Shown: positions 49,801 through 58,036 of the stretch, piece after piece
Layout of the letters: every line of letters starts with the position of its first letter
How positions within the stretch are numbered: the stretch's first letter is position 1
Assembly (NCBI GenBank): GCA_963663805.2
Contig: CAXXMR010000014.1
Span: 28,030-92,029 of the forward strand
Direction of reading: 5' to 3'
Length of the DNA stretch: 64,000 nucleotides
DNA from: Sedimentisphaerales bacterium
GTDB lineage: Bacteria > Planctomycetota > Phycisphaerae > Sedimentisphaerales > SM23-30
Program-made: the position numbers and the translations under genes
Notes under the pieces: generated by a model
The model's input: only the letters and a program-made list of their open reading frames with translations
Told to the model about the DNA's origin: nothing
Database searches by the model: none

Positions 49801-50725
49801 CGGATGTGGCTGCTCCCAAAGCCAATATTTCAGGTGCCCCACATCCATCATTAGCCGGACCACCCGCCGGAGCGACAACCTTAATATCAAAATCACCTAC
49901 CTGACCGGCATAACCACCCACACGGATATAATAGATTATACCGTTGACAGCGGCAAAGGTTACGCTTTCACCATCACCAAAACTGCCGGTATCAGCACAG
50001 TCAATATAGCCAGCTACGTCGCATTCCGAATATACCGCCAGAGTAGGGTCATAGGTTGAAACCGGATTGCTTAAGCTAACTGTATGGTCGCCATCAATTC
50101 CCGCTGTAAATTGGTACCATACATCATGCAAAGCCGCATTTGAACAGGTCGGAGCAGCAATCGTGCCTTCGGTTTCCGCCCCAATAGAAGATTCCGAATA
50201 TACCGTATCAACATTTATCCCCGCCGCTGTCCCGCAAGTATCATTGTCAGGCGGCAGAGTAACCATAACTGTAAATGTCCCTGTAGCGCCGTTATAGCCC
50301 GCCACCCGGATTAAATAAGTGGTCTCTGCTGTCATGCTAGCTATAGCAAGTGACTCCCGGTCTAAGGAATCAGTAGTGTAATCATCATTACAGGCAATAC
50401 TCGCCTGGTCACAAGCCGTATGGACCGATACTGCCGAATCAAAATTTGTACCATAAACATAGACCACATAATCCCCACCCTGCCCCGCACCCGGCGTAAA
50501 CGAATACCAAACGTCATTGGCAGTCCCTGTGAAACACGAGCTGCTGACCCCCGCATCTTCAGTAGCGTCCACACTCGTCCCGCTTTCTGGCACATCCAGT
50601 GTCAAAATTACAGCACTGGCGCAAACATCATTCCCCGGAGCCGCACCATTAGCCCAAATCGGCATCCCCAGAACGGCCAGAATGAAAACCAACCCCATTA
50701 AACAATACGATTTCTTCGCGGACAT
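46889..50725 (-). CDS. giant secreted multidomain protein (4 PPC-like modules, dockerin-like segment, multiple B-repeat-like Ig/beta modules)
   Basis: Signal peptide. Four ~125-aa tandem modules share ND.C..A ... DVWY.FTP ... Y.IRV.GY (pre-peptidase C-terminal-like). A DVNIDGLVDIDDLVALAADW segment is dockerin/EF-hand-like. A long series of ~75-aa repeats follows. Confidence 0.7.
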   Translation of the reverse strand: MSAKKSYCLMGLVFILAVLGMPIWANGAAPGNDVCASAVILTLDVPESGTSVDATEDAGVSSSCFTGTANDVWYSFTPGAGQGGDYVVYVYGTNFDSAVSVHTACDQASIACNDDYTTDSLDRESLAIASMTAETTYLIRVAGYNGATGTFTVMVTLPPDNDTCGTAAGINVDTVYSESSIGAETEGTIAAPTCSNAALHDVWYQFTAGIDGDHTVSLSNPVSTYDPTLAVYSECDVAGYIDCADTGSFGDGESVTFAAVNGIIYYIRVGGYAGQVGDFDIKVVAPAGGPANDGCGAPEILALGAATSGDTSAASDEGAFTSCLAGAISDLWYSFTPGATGNYAFHLYNLSGGFDAGLAVYSDCADGDLLACFDFNGPAVPESGILELENGVPYLIRVGGNDSTVGTFDLVVDTPLANDRCEDAIALVYGVAATGSTIGAVETQVESDCFDLDFFPDEIHWGDVWYEFTPQVAGLYFFDCLGSDFDTIVSVHEGCGGAAIYCNDDYYKNFDGWASCVPAVENISRIGGILYPGQTYHVRVSGYEGNEGDYALTVSLAGDVNIDGLVDIDDLVALAADWVGEDRCFSRADISPNQYGEFNDVAGDSHGDHWVGLNDFAELRMAWGADVTDPGDSWSLITEVTAGQGLISPAGITYHDPDAVVSLTAIAAEDWMYKTWGDDVDSNPAPIFGDSGSATTVTMDDNKYASVEFVPAFTLNAYVQAGNGSIDPAGLSYYENEGGQKIIDVSANPDAGWQVKQWGGAADSLMGTEVAGIWNNTVTFESTDTAKTVWVEFEEIPGYELTCTVGGNPAGGTIDPAGSTTQDVDAVVTLTATPAVGWRVASWTGVDAPAPDPGSCGAAVQASVTMDGPKSVEVTFEQCFTLDVIYGSGNGTIQYDPTGTTVGDVTYFEPGTTVMVYAIPQDNWYFPLNYGSCSGGDITQVTYPDSCGETLELSVIMNSDVSCALTLEECYSLNISSTGDGDVTPDTSGGTLYYVPNYLLTITADPADDWASGDWTGLDGLGLTPAWGDCGDNVSVVDILMTQDLDITVDFVQCHELEFYVNSGEGYVDPCGVTRYPEGTSVDLTAYPNAEWRVMQWGGDAAVIPNARQNTNAVTMNSDKEVWVDFEIIPTQYLLTTQVVGSGTLTPPSGDQDENDVIALLATPDAHWYFAGWSGTDDDGLMTLNNTTTMTSARTVTATFAPIMWTLYSHVHTTDHGSLDIVGYHSYQDGTLVTINATPGPGYKVDYWLVDGVNVGNATSINVMMTANKDVLCKFIKQ

Positions 50726-51153
50726 AGCCTATCCCTTCCTGCGCTTATGCGCAAAATCCCCCTGTTTTTCTCAGACAAGCAGAATGAAATTTCTCTACCC
50801 ATCCATAACTGCGAATATCAACCTCAGACAGAGTTCGAAGACCAAACAGTTTTCTCGCCAGACACGGGCTCGACACCTCTCTACCCGAAAGTTCCGATAA
50901 CTACAGAACTATTATATCCCATCACCGCTTTTGGGCAAGTGAATTTGTTTTGGTAAGACCATTTTTGGGCAATTTACCGCTACGCACAAACTGTTCTCAC
51001 AAGTCATTATTGCCCATGATGTGCCTTATAGATTCGTGTGACCGGATTCCGCTAACTTAAATGTCATACTTCAAAGAGGTTATATAAAGGCCTATCTCAT
51101 GGGCCGTCCATAACTCGCTGCCTATCAATAAGTCAGGGTGTTGCAAATTATTT

Positions 51154-51169
51154 TGTGATATTAATCACA
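51154..51169. promoter_or_regulatory. perfect TGTGA-N6-TCACA palindrome (CRP/FNR-family type operator)
   Basis: TGTGATATTAATCACA read directly, in the divergent intergenic region between 50725 (minus-strand gene) and 51309 (plus-strand gene). Confidence 0.45.
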
Positions 51170-51308
51170 TTTTTATCTGGTACAAGCAGCTATAAAGGTG
51201 TAAACTTGCTTTTTATTATGATATACTCAATAAATGATTGGAAAATTAGTTGATATTCCTATCGGAAACTACGGTGGGGCAGAAGGGAAAAACTAGAGGA
51301 TACTCATC

Positions 51309-52199
51309 ATGACCAGAGCTAAGATAACTGATACCGTGAAAACCGGCCGCATACTTATTTCCGATGGGGCCTGGGGCACTTTCATGCAGAAAAAAGGCCT
51401 TCAGCCCGGCCAGTGTCCCGAACTTTGGTGCCTTGAACGCCCCGAAGACATCCTTGATATTGCCCGCAGCTATATTGACGCCGGTTCCGATATGATTCAG
51501 TCCAACAGTTTCGGCGGAACATCTTTCAAGCTTGAGCATTTCGGCCTGGGCGACCGTGCTGATGAAATCAACCTGGCTGCCGCCCGGATTTCCCGTAAAG
51601 CCGCCGGCGAAGATAAATGGGTCATCGCCTCAGTAGGCCCCACCGGAAAAATGCTCCTGACCGGCGAAGTTTCCGAACAGGAGCTTTATGACTCTTTCAA
51701 ACAGCAGGCCCAGGCCCTCGAAAAAGGCCAGGCCGACGCGATTTGTATCGAAACTATGTCCGATACCGAAGAAGCCTGTATTGCCGTCAGAGCTGCTCGC
51801 GAAAATACCAATTGCCAGGTTATCTGCACCTTCAGTTTTGAGAGAACCGTCAAGGGTGACTATCGTACCATGATGGGGGTATCGCCCGCCGACGCTGCCC
51901 GTGCCGTTATTAAGGCTGGCGCTCACGTCATCGGCACCAATTGCGGTAATGGCTTCAAAAGAATGGTCGAGATTGTCCGCCAATTACGAGATGTCGACCC
52001 CGACATTCCTATTCTGGTCCATGCCAATGCCGGACTACCCGAAAACGTGGACGGCCACGATGTTTTCCCGGACACCCCCGCAGATATGGCCCAACTCGTC
52101 CCCGATTTAGTCAAAGCCGGAGCCAATATCATCGGCGGATGCTGTGGTACAACCCCCGAACACATCGCCGCTCTAAAAAAAACCGTCGAGGCTTTATAA
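51309..52199 (+). CDS. homocysteine S-methyltransferase-domain protein (stand-alone MetH N-terminal-like)
   Basis: 296 aa with Hcy-binding TIM-barrel motifs and Zn-ligand cysteines (GTNCGNG, GGCCGTTPEHI). Confidence 0.8.
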   Translation: MTRAKITDTVKTGRILISDGAWGTFMQKKGLQPGQCPELWCLERPEDILDIARSYIDAGSDMIQSNSFGGTSFKLEHFGLGDRADEINLAAARISRKAAGEDKWVIASVGPTGKMLLTGEVSEQELYDSFKQQAQALEKGQADAICIETMSDTEEACIAVRAARENTNCQVICTFSFERTVKGDYRTMMGVSPADAARAVIKAGAHVIGTNCGNGFKRMVEIVRQLRDVDPDIPILVHANAGLPENVDGHDVFPDTPADMAQLVPDLVKAGANIIGGCCGTTPEHIAALKKTVEAL

Positions 52200-52204
52200 A
52201 ATAA

Positions 52205-53809
52205 TCAGGGGACCGAGGGTTCCCAGTCAACCTTTGCCGCCCCCAGCAAAGTACCCGTTGCGTAGGCTATATCGACTAAAGCGATTTGATATTCCGCCAG
52301 TGCCGAAATCTCCGCACTCTGTGCGTTTGCTAACGCCGTCTGAGCGTTCAGCACATCCGTGGATGTCCCCAATCCCAATTCAAACTGCCGCTTCTCCGCC
52401 TCATATTGCCGACCGGTCAAAATCGCGTTCTGCTGACTGGCCAATATCCTCTGCCAGTTCGCCTCCAGTTGGTCAGCCGCGTTCAGCACTTCCAGCTCAA
52501 TCATATCTTTACGATTCTGAAAACTCACCAGTCGCTGCTGTCGCTGATAAAACGCCTGCAATTTCCGACTCCGGGCCGCGCCATTGCCCAGCGGCACCAA
52601 CATCTGTAAGCCCACCCGATGGTCCTCAAAATCCTTATCCACCAGAACATCAAACGCATCGCCCCGACTCTTGCCCAGACCGTTAATGTTATACGTATAG
52701 TCCAGCGTCACCAGCGGCAGCATCTGATTCTCCAGATACGCCAGCGTCGAAGCATCCGAAGCGATTTGCAGTTCCATCTCCAATAGTTCCATCCGGTTCG
52801 CCAAAGCGTGTTCCAGCAGCGAGTCATAATCCAAATCATAATGAACCGGGTCAGCCTCACTTACCGGGACCAGCACCGTCGGCGTACGCATCGTCAGGCC
52901 CGGTTTGTTCAGCAGCTTCTTGAGTTCCCGCTCCCTGTCCCGCAATTCATTCTCCGACATAATAATCCCTTCCAGCCGCTCAGCCACGCCCGCTTCTGCC
53001 CGGATAACCTCTATCTGTGACCGTTCGCCCGCCTCCACAAACCGCCGGGCCTGCTCCAGCTGGGTTTGAGCCAGTTCATATTGCTGCTGACGAACTTCCA
53101 GCTCCCGCCGGGCCGCGTACAAACGCCAGTACCACCTGTCCGCCGACGCCACGGTGCGAATAATCTCCAGTTTCGTTTGAGCGTCCACCATCTGACTTTG
53201 ATAACCCGCCAGCCGAATCGAATGGGTATTAACCCGATTACCCGCGTTACGCAGCAAAGGCTGACTCAGTGAAATCGAAAAATCCGAGCTATGCGAAGGG
53301 TTTAACGTCGAAAAAACATTGTCCGTTTTCGTCCGGCTCTGTGCCAAATCAAAGGTAACCGTTCCACCCGTTCGCAGCGGCAGATTTACCCCATAATCCG
53401 TCCGCTGATAATCAACCCGCGAACCATCCAACGCTGTCGAAGTCGGCGTATCCGTCCGCGCAAAACTGCCCGACGCGGAAAACGCCGACTCAAATTTTGC
53501 CTCCTGCTCCGAAATCCGCTTCGCTGAAATACTCGGCTCAATCAGCTGGGCCTTAATATCCAGATTATTCTCCAGCGTCATCGCCCGGCACTCTTCCAGA
53601 CTGAGGGAAATTTCCTTTTCAACCGTCGTCGGCTCAGCCGCGTCCGCCGCCGCCTTGCTCAGCTCCTCCAGTCTCAGCACATCAATCTGCCGCGTCCGCC
53701 GTCGCACCCCTTCATAATCGTGAAACTTATTCTTGTTGGTCACCTCCGTACAGCCCAACGCCCCAAAGTAAACCGATGCGAGTAAAATTAAAACCAAAAA
53801 TTTATTCAT
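52205..53809 (-). CDS. TolC-family outer-membrane efflux protein (lipoprotein)
   Basis: 534 aa with lipobox GALGC and two OEP-type coiled repeats. It is the last gene of the efflux operon. Confidence 0.85.
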   Translation of the reverse strand: MNKFLVLILLASVYFGALGCTEVTNKNKFHDYEGVRRRTRQIDVLRLEELSKAAADAAEPTTVEKEISLSLEECRAMTLENNLDIKAQLIEPSISAKRISEQEAKFESAFSASGSFARTDTPTSTALDGSRVDYQRTDYGVNLPLRTGGTVTFDLAQSRTKTDNVFSTLNPSHSSDFSISLSQPLLRNAGNRVNTHSIRLAGYQSQMVDAQTKLEIIRTVASADRWYWRLYAARRELEVRQQQYELAQTQLEQARRFVEAGERSQIEVIRAEAGVAERLEGIIMSENELRDRERELKKLLNKPGLTMRTPTVLVPVSEADPVHYDLDYDSLLEHALANRMELLEMELQIASDASTLAYLENQMLPLVTLDYTYNINGLGKSRGDAFDVLVDKDFEDHRVGLQMLVPLGNGAARSRKLQAFYQRQQRLVSFQNRKDMIELEVLNAADQLEANWQRILASQQNAILTGRQYEAEKRQFELGLGTSTDVLNAQTALANAQSAEISALAEYQIALVDIAYATGTLLGAAKVDWEPSVP

Positions 53810-55091
53810 GTCTTAGTGCCTCAATAGGGTCAAGTCTCGCTGCTTTTAATGCCGGGAACATCCCGAAAAACAACCCCACACCTCCGGCAAACCCAAACGA
53901 TATGGCGATTGCCCAACTGGGAATTTGGGTATGGTCCATCATGGGATTCAATTGCGATATTGCCATCGTCAGTAATTGCCCCAGACCCACACCCACCAAT
54001 CCGCCGATACAGCAAAGCACCACTGCCTCGACCAGAAACTGAGTCATAATCGCGCTGTTCTTGGCGCCCACCGCTTTTCGCAGGCCAATCTCCCGCGTTC
54101 GCTCCGAGACCGAAACCAGCATGATATTCATAATTCCCACCCCGCCTACCAGCAGCGATATTCCTACAATCCCACCGGCTACCATGGTTATCATCCCCGC
54201 AATCTTATTAAACTTCTCCAGCTCACTTTGTATCGACTGCACCCGGAAAGTGTCCGGTTCACCCGGGCGAATCTGCCGGTTACGTCTCAGAAAAAACTTC
54301 AACTCCGCGATAGCTTCTTCCGCCACATCAGCCGATTTGCTTTGGGCCGTCGCCCACACCCATTTCTCCCGCAGCGTGCAGTTCGTACGGAACGGAATAT
54401 AAATCTCAAAGTTGTCTTCACCGCCCCCGCCCCCGCCCAGAAACGATTGAGGCCTTCGTTCCACCAGCCCCACCACCCGAAACGCTTTGCCGCTTACATA
54501 AATAATATCCCCGATGCAGTCCCGGTCCATGCCCAGCTTATCACGCAGTTCCGGCTCAATCAGACAAACTTGCCGACGCTGCTCCTCATCGATAATCGAG
54601 AAAGGACGACCCATCGCTATCTTGCGATTCTCCACCAGATACCATTCCGGTTCTACCCCATACACTCGAATACTTTCGATGCTCCTTTCCCCATAACTGA
54701 TGGTATGCCTGTCCCCCCAGCTCGAACGGCTGAACCGCTCGATCGAAGGGCAATGCTCCAGTAAATCATCAAAATGCTCTGGATAAAAACGCAGCGACCA
54801 ATGAGATGAATTTTTTTTAGGACCGCTGTTGGGCCTTTCAGCGTTTATGTATATATTATTCGTCCCGAAAGACTCAATCTCTTCGAGTACCTTGGTCTTC
54901 AGCCCCGTCAACGCCGCGATAACCGCTGTAATCGAAGCAACCCCTATCACAATCCCGATCGTTGTCAAAACCGAACGCGCTTTGTTCGCCCATATCTGAC
55001 CCAACGCCAAAAAAACGCTCTGCATAATCAGCCGCACAAAAGCCACCGGCATCCACAATAATCTAATCATGCCTGCCCTCCCTGTGACCAT
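53802..55091 (-). CDS. ABC transporter permease (MacB/FtsX-type)
   Basis: N-terminal TM (NKARSVLTTIGIVIGVASI), a periplasmic MacB_PCD-like domain and a C-terminal FtsX 3-TM bundle (REIGLRKAVGA). The likely start at 55070 overlaps the ATPase stop. Confidence 0.85.
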   Translation of the reverse strand: MVTGRAGMIRLLWMPVAFVRLIMQSVFLALGQIWANKARSVLTTIGIVIGVASITAVIAALTGLKTKVLEEIESFGTNNIYINAERPNSGPKKNSSHWSLRFYPEHFDDLLEHCPSIERFSRSSWGDRHTISYGERSIESIRVYGVEPEWYLVENRKIAMGRPFSIIDEEQRRQVCLIEPELRDKLGMDRDCIGDIIYVSGKAFRVVGLVERRPQSFLGGGGGGEDNFEIYIPFRTNCTLREKWVWATAQSKSADVAEEAIAELKFFLRRNRQIRPGEPDTFRVQSIQSELEKFNKIAGMITMVAGGIVGISLLVGGVGIMNIMLVSVSERTREIGLRKAVGAKNSAIMTQFLVEAVVLCCIGGLVGVGLGQLLTMAISQLNPMMDHTQIPSWAIAISFGFAGGVGLFFGMFPALKAARLDPIEALRHE

Positions 55092-55791
55092 TTCCGGTAT
55101 CGCTGCAAATCTTGCCGTCCGTCATGCGAATCACCCGACTGGCATGACCGGCGATGCTCTCCTCGTGCGTCACCATAATAATCGTCTGGCCCTCCTCGTG
55201 CAGCTTATCAAAAAGCTCCATTATGCTTTCGCTGTTGGCACTGTCCAGATTCCCCGTCGGTTCATCCGCCAGCAGAATACTCGGATTACAAATCAACGCC
55301 CGCGCAATCGCTACCCGCTGCCGCTCCCCGCCCGACAACTGATTAGGCCGATGTTTGACTCGTCCGCTCAGCCCCACGCGATCCAGAGTATGTTTAGCCA
55401 GCTTCGACGATGACCCCTCTTTCTTTCGAGCGTAAATCAAAGGCAACGCCACATTCTTGGCCGCACTGAGCCGACTCAAAAGCTCAAACGACTGAAACAC
55501 AAAGCCGATTCGCTCGTTGCGAACCTGCGCCAGAGCCGAACCGCTCATCCGGGTCGTGTCCTGCCCGTCCAGTTCGTATGTGCCTTCCGTCGCCCGGTCC
55601 AGACAACCCAGCAAATTCATGAGCGTACTCTTGCCCGAACCACTGGCTCCCATGATCGCCACATAATCATTCTTACGCAGCTCCAGGTCGATTCCGTCCA
55701 ACGCGTTGACCGTTTCTGTCCCCAGTTTGTAGACCTTTCGGATACCGCGTAACCGAATCATAACTTTATTTTCTTGCTCTGACTGTGACAT
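55063..55791 (-). CDS. ABC transporter ATP-binding protein (MacB/LolD-type)
   Basis: Walker A GASGSGKST, signature LSGGERQRVAIARAL and Walker B LLADEPTGNLD. The ATG at 55791 is the likelier start (the ORF track begins at a GTG at 55845). Confidence 0.9.
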   Translation of the reverse strand: MSQSEQENKVMIRLRGIRKVYKLGTETVNALDGIDLELRKNDYVAIMGASGSGKSTLMNLLGCLDRATEGTYELDGQDTTRMSGSALAQVRNERIGFVFQSFELLSRLSAAKNVALPLIYARKKEGSSSKLAKHTLDRVGLSGRVKHRPNQLSGGERQRVAIARALICNPSILLADEPTGNLDSANSESIMELFDKLHEEGQTIIMVTHEESIAGHASRVIRMTDGKICSDTGNGHREGRHD

Positions 55792-55852
55792 TATTTTCAA
55801 CCCTGACTGCCAAAAATGCGAAGTGGTGGAGCCCAAGCCGTTCACTCATCCC

Positions 55853-57240
55853 TCATGCCTCATCCCTCTTGCCTTCTTCTCCTTCTTCTTCCTCCTTCTT
55901 CTCCCGCTCGTCAATAACCTTGTTGTCATGCTGCAAACCTTCCAGCACCTTATAAGGCCCCACGATAATCTTGTCATCCGCGTTCACGCCTTCTTCGATA
56001 ATGGTATGCGTCAAATCGCAAGGCCCGATCTTCACCGGCGTAACCACCGCCTTGCCGTCGATATAACGATACACCACCGCGGTATAAGTCTTGTTCTTGT
56101 CCACCAACGGGTTATCGTCCCGCATCTCCAGCGGCAGCCCGTCCACCGGTCGGGCCATTACCGCCTGACTCAATACCTTGACCACTTCGTGATAAGTTTT
56201 CGTCTCGATCTCAACATTCGCCGTCAATCCCGAATAAAGTTTTTCTTCCGTAGGCTTCAGTAATATCTCCGTTCGGAAATACTGTGTCCCCTGATTCGAT
56301 GAACTGCCCTTCAACGCGATACTTTCGACCACACCTTCAAATTTCCTGTCGTCAAAAGCCTGTATCTGCACCCACGCCCGCTGTCCCTCTTTTACCTTGC
56401 CAATGTCAACCTGGTCAACCTGGGCCACCATCAGCATATGCTCCAAATCCGCCACTTCCAGAATCATCGTCCCCGGATTATTCATCGTGCCGGTCATCAC
56501 CAGCTCGCCTACTTCGGCGTTAATCACCGTGATCGTCCCGTCCATCGGCGAAGTTATGGTTGTATAGGTCAGGGCCTCATTCGCCTGCTCAATCAACTCG
56601 TCCGCCGCTTCGAGATTATGCTCCAGTACCTGCAACTGTAACCGAGCCGCCTCCAGCGAATGCTGCGAAGATTCATAGCGCGCCTCCAGCTCATCAACCT
56701 GACAGGCCGTCTCATCATAAACCGACTGACTAATATCCGCTGTTTTATACAATCCCTTTTTACGTTCCAAATCACGCTTGGCCTGCTTTAGTGATTCCGC
56801 TAACCCCTCCAGCGTAGCTTTCTGACTGGCGATGCGGGCCTTTTCAACTTCAAGACCCGCCGCCTGAGCTGCCCGGCCCGCCAACGCCGAACGCAGCCGA
56901 CTCTGCAAATCACGGTCATCCAGACGAACCAGCACCGAAGTCTCCGCCGGCGGCTCTGACTTGGCGTTTCCTTTGGTTACCCAGTCGCCTTCCTCAAAAG
57001 GAAGCTCCATAACACGTGCCGAAACCTTCGCGCTGATAGCAACCTTAGTTTTGGGTTCTATCCAGCCCGTCGTACTGACATATTCAATCAGTTCCCCAAC
57101 CTCAGCTGCCTCCACCCGCACCTCGGTCCCCTTGCCCGTCGACTCCTCACCGCGTCCTTACCCTTAAGAACCCTGCCGATTACCGACGCCAGCACCAGCG
57201 TAACCACCACCGTTATCAAAATAACCCAGCGTTTCTTCAT
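55853..57240 (-). CDS. HlyD/MacA-type periplasmic adaptor with an apparent 1-nt frameshift near the 5' end
   Basis: The body 55853..57121 has barrel-sandwich, coiled-coil and beta-barrel regions. The membrane anchor MKKRWVILITVVVTLVLASVIGRVLKGKDAV is encoded from the ATG at 57240 in another frame. One extra G near 57148-57150 would join the two frames (..AVEESTGKGTEVRVEAAEV..). Confidence 0.75.
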
Positions 57241-57674
57241 TATTATCAGCCTTCTTTTTCGCTAAATACGTTAGTATGAGGAAAGAACAATCTCAATACG
57301 CCCTTATAACTGTAATGTTCAAATAAGTCGCCTCAAATTTTAACCTATATAACACCACACACTCGATAAGATCGCTTTACTCAACAAACCATATCTTATA
57401 GACGTACACCCCCAAAAAAATGTTACCAAAAATCCCCCTCACCATCCCCTCAGTCCAGAATGCCCACTCACACCTTTACGCGCAAAAGACGCTAAGTCCT
57501 TATTATCACAGCAGTTGGCCGGGGCTGCTGTGGCAGAAATAAAAGTTTTTCTCTTGCAATGAGATTAAACATCTGATAAAATATAGGAAGTTCTAAGAAT
57601 TGGGAAGGGTGGTCTTTATTTTTGGAGAGTTAATCTAGGCGAAATACGCCGTCTTTAACATTTAAATAAGTGAT

Positions 57675-57794
57675 TCACTGTTACCAGTGAGCGGTTTCGA
57701 GCTAAAACCGTCAGTTTATCTTTTTGGGAAATGCACAGTGGTCGGTGCCCAAGTTTGGGCACTGCCTGCTAGTGTTCCCAAAGGGTTCTGACGG
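57675..57794 (+). other. candidate structured RNA / nested hairpin element
   Basis: Stems read directly: TCACTG/CAGTGA (57675-57690); CGGTTT/AAACCG (57692-57710); then nested CCGTCAG/CTGACGG (57708-57714 / 57788-57794), TTTGGGAA/TTCCCAAA (57723-57730 / 57775-57782) and GTGCCCA/TGGGCAC (57745-57751 / 57756-57762). Confidence 0.3.
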
Positions 57795-57931
57795 ACCTAG
57801 CCTGAGCATGATGCGGCGGTGTCCTTTTTTTGCCGCCATAAAAAAATTAAAAATATAGGGGTCAAACAAACTGGACACCCCGTAAAATCAGGATGGAAAC
57901 TTAACAATTACACCATTACGGAGGATTTGAC

Positions 57932-57994
57932 ATGAAAAAGATTTTTAATGTTTTAGGGGTGTGTTTAGCTGTCACTCTAGCGACCAAACATTAG
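57932..57994 (+). CDS. possible 20-aa hydrophobic peptide (MKKIFNVLGVCLAVTLATKH)
   Basis: GGAGGA lies 6 nt upstream of the ATG. The stop overlaps the GAGGA preceding the next ATG at 58003. It is too short to assess statistically. Confidence 0.3.
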   Translation: MKKIFNVLGVCLAVTLATKH

Positions 57995-58036
57995 AGGATA
58001 ATATGGGCAAATATATTTATAATAGTGTTGTATTTT

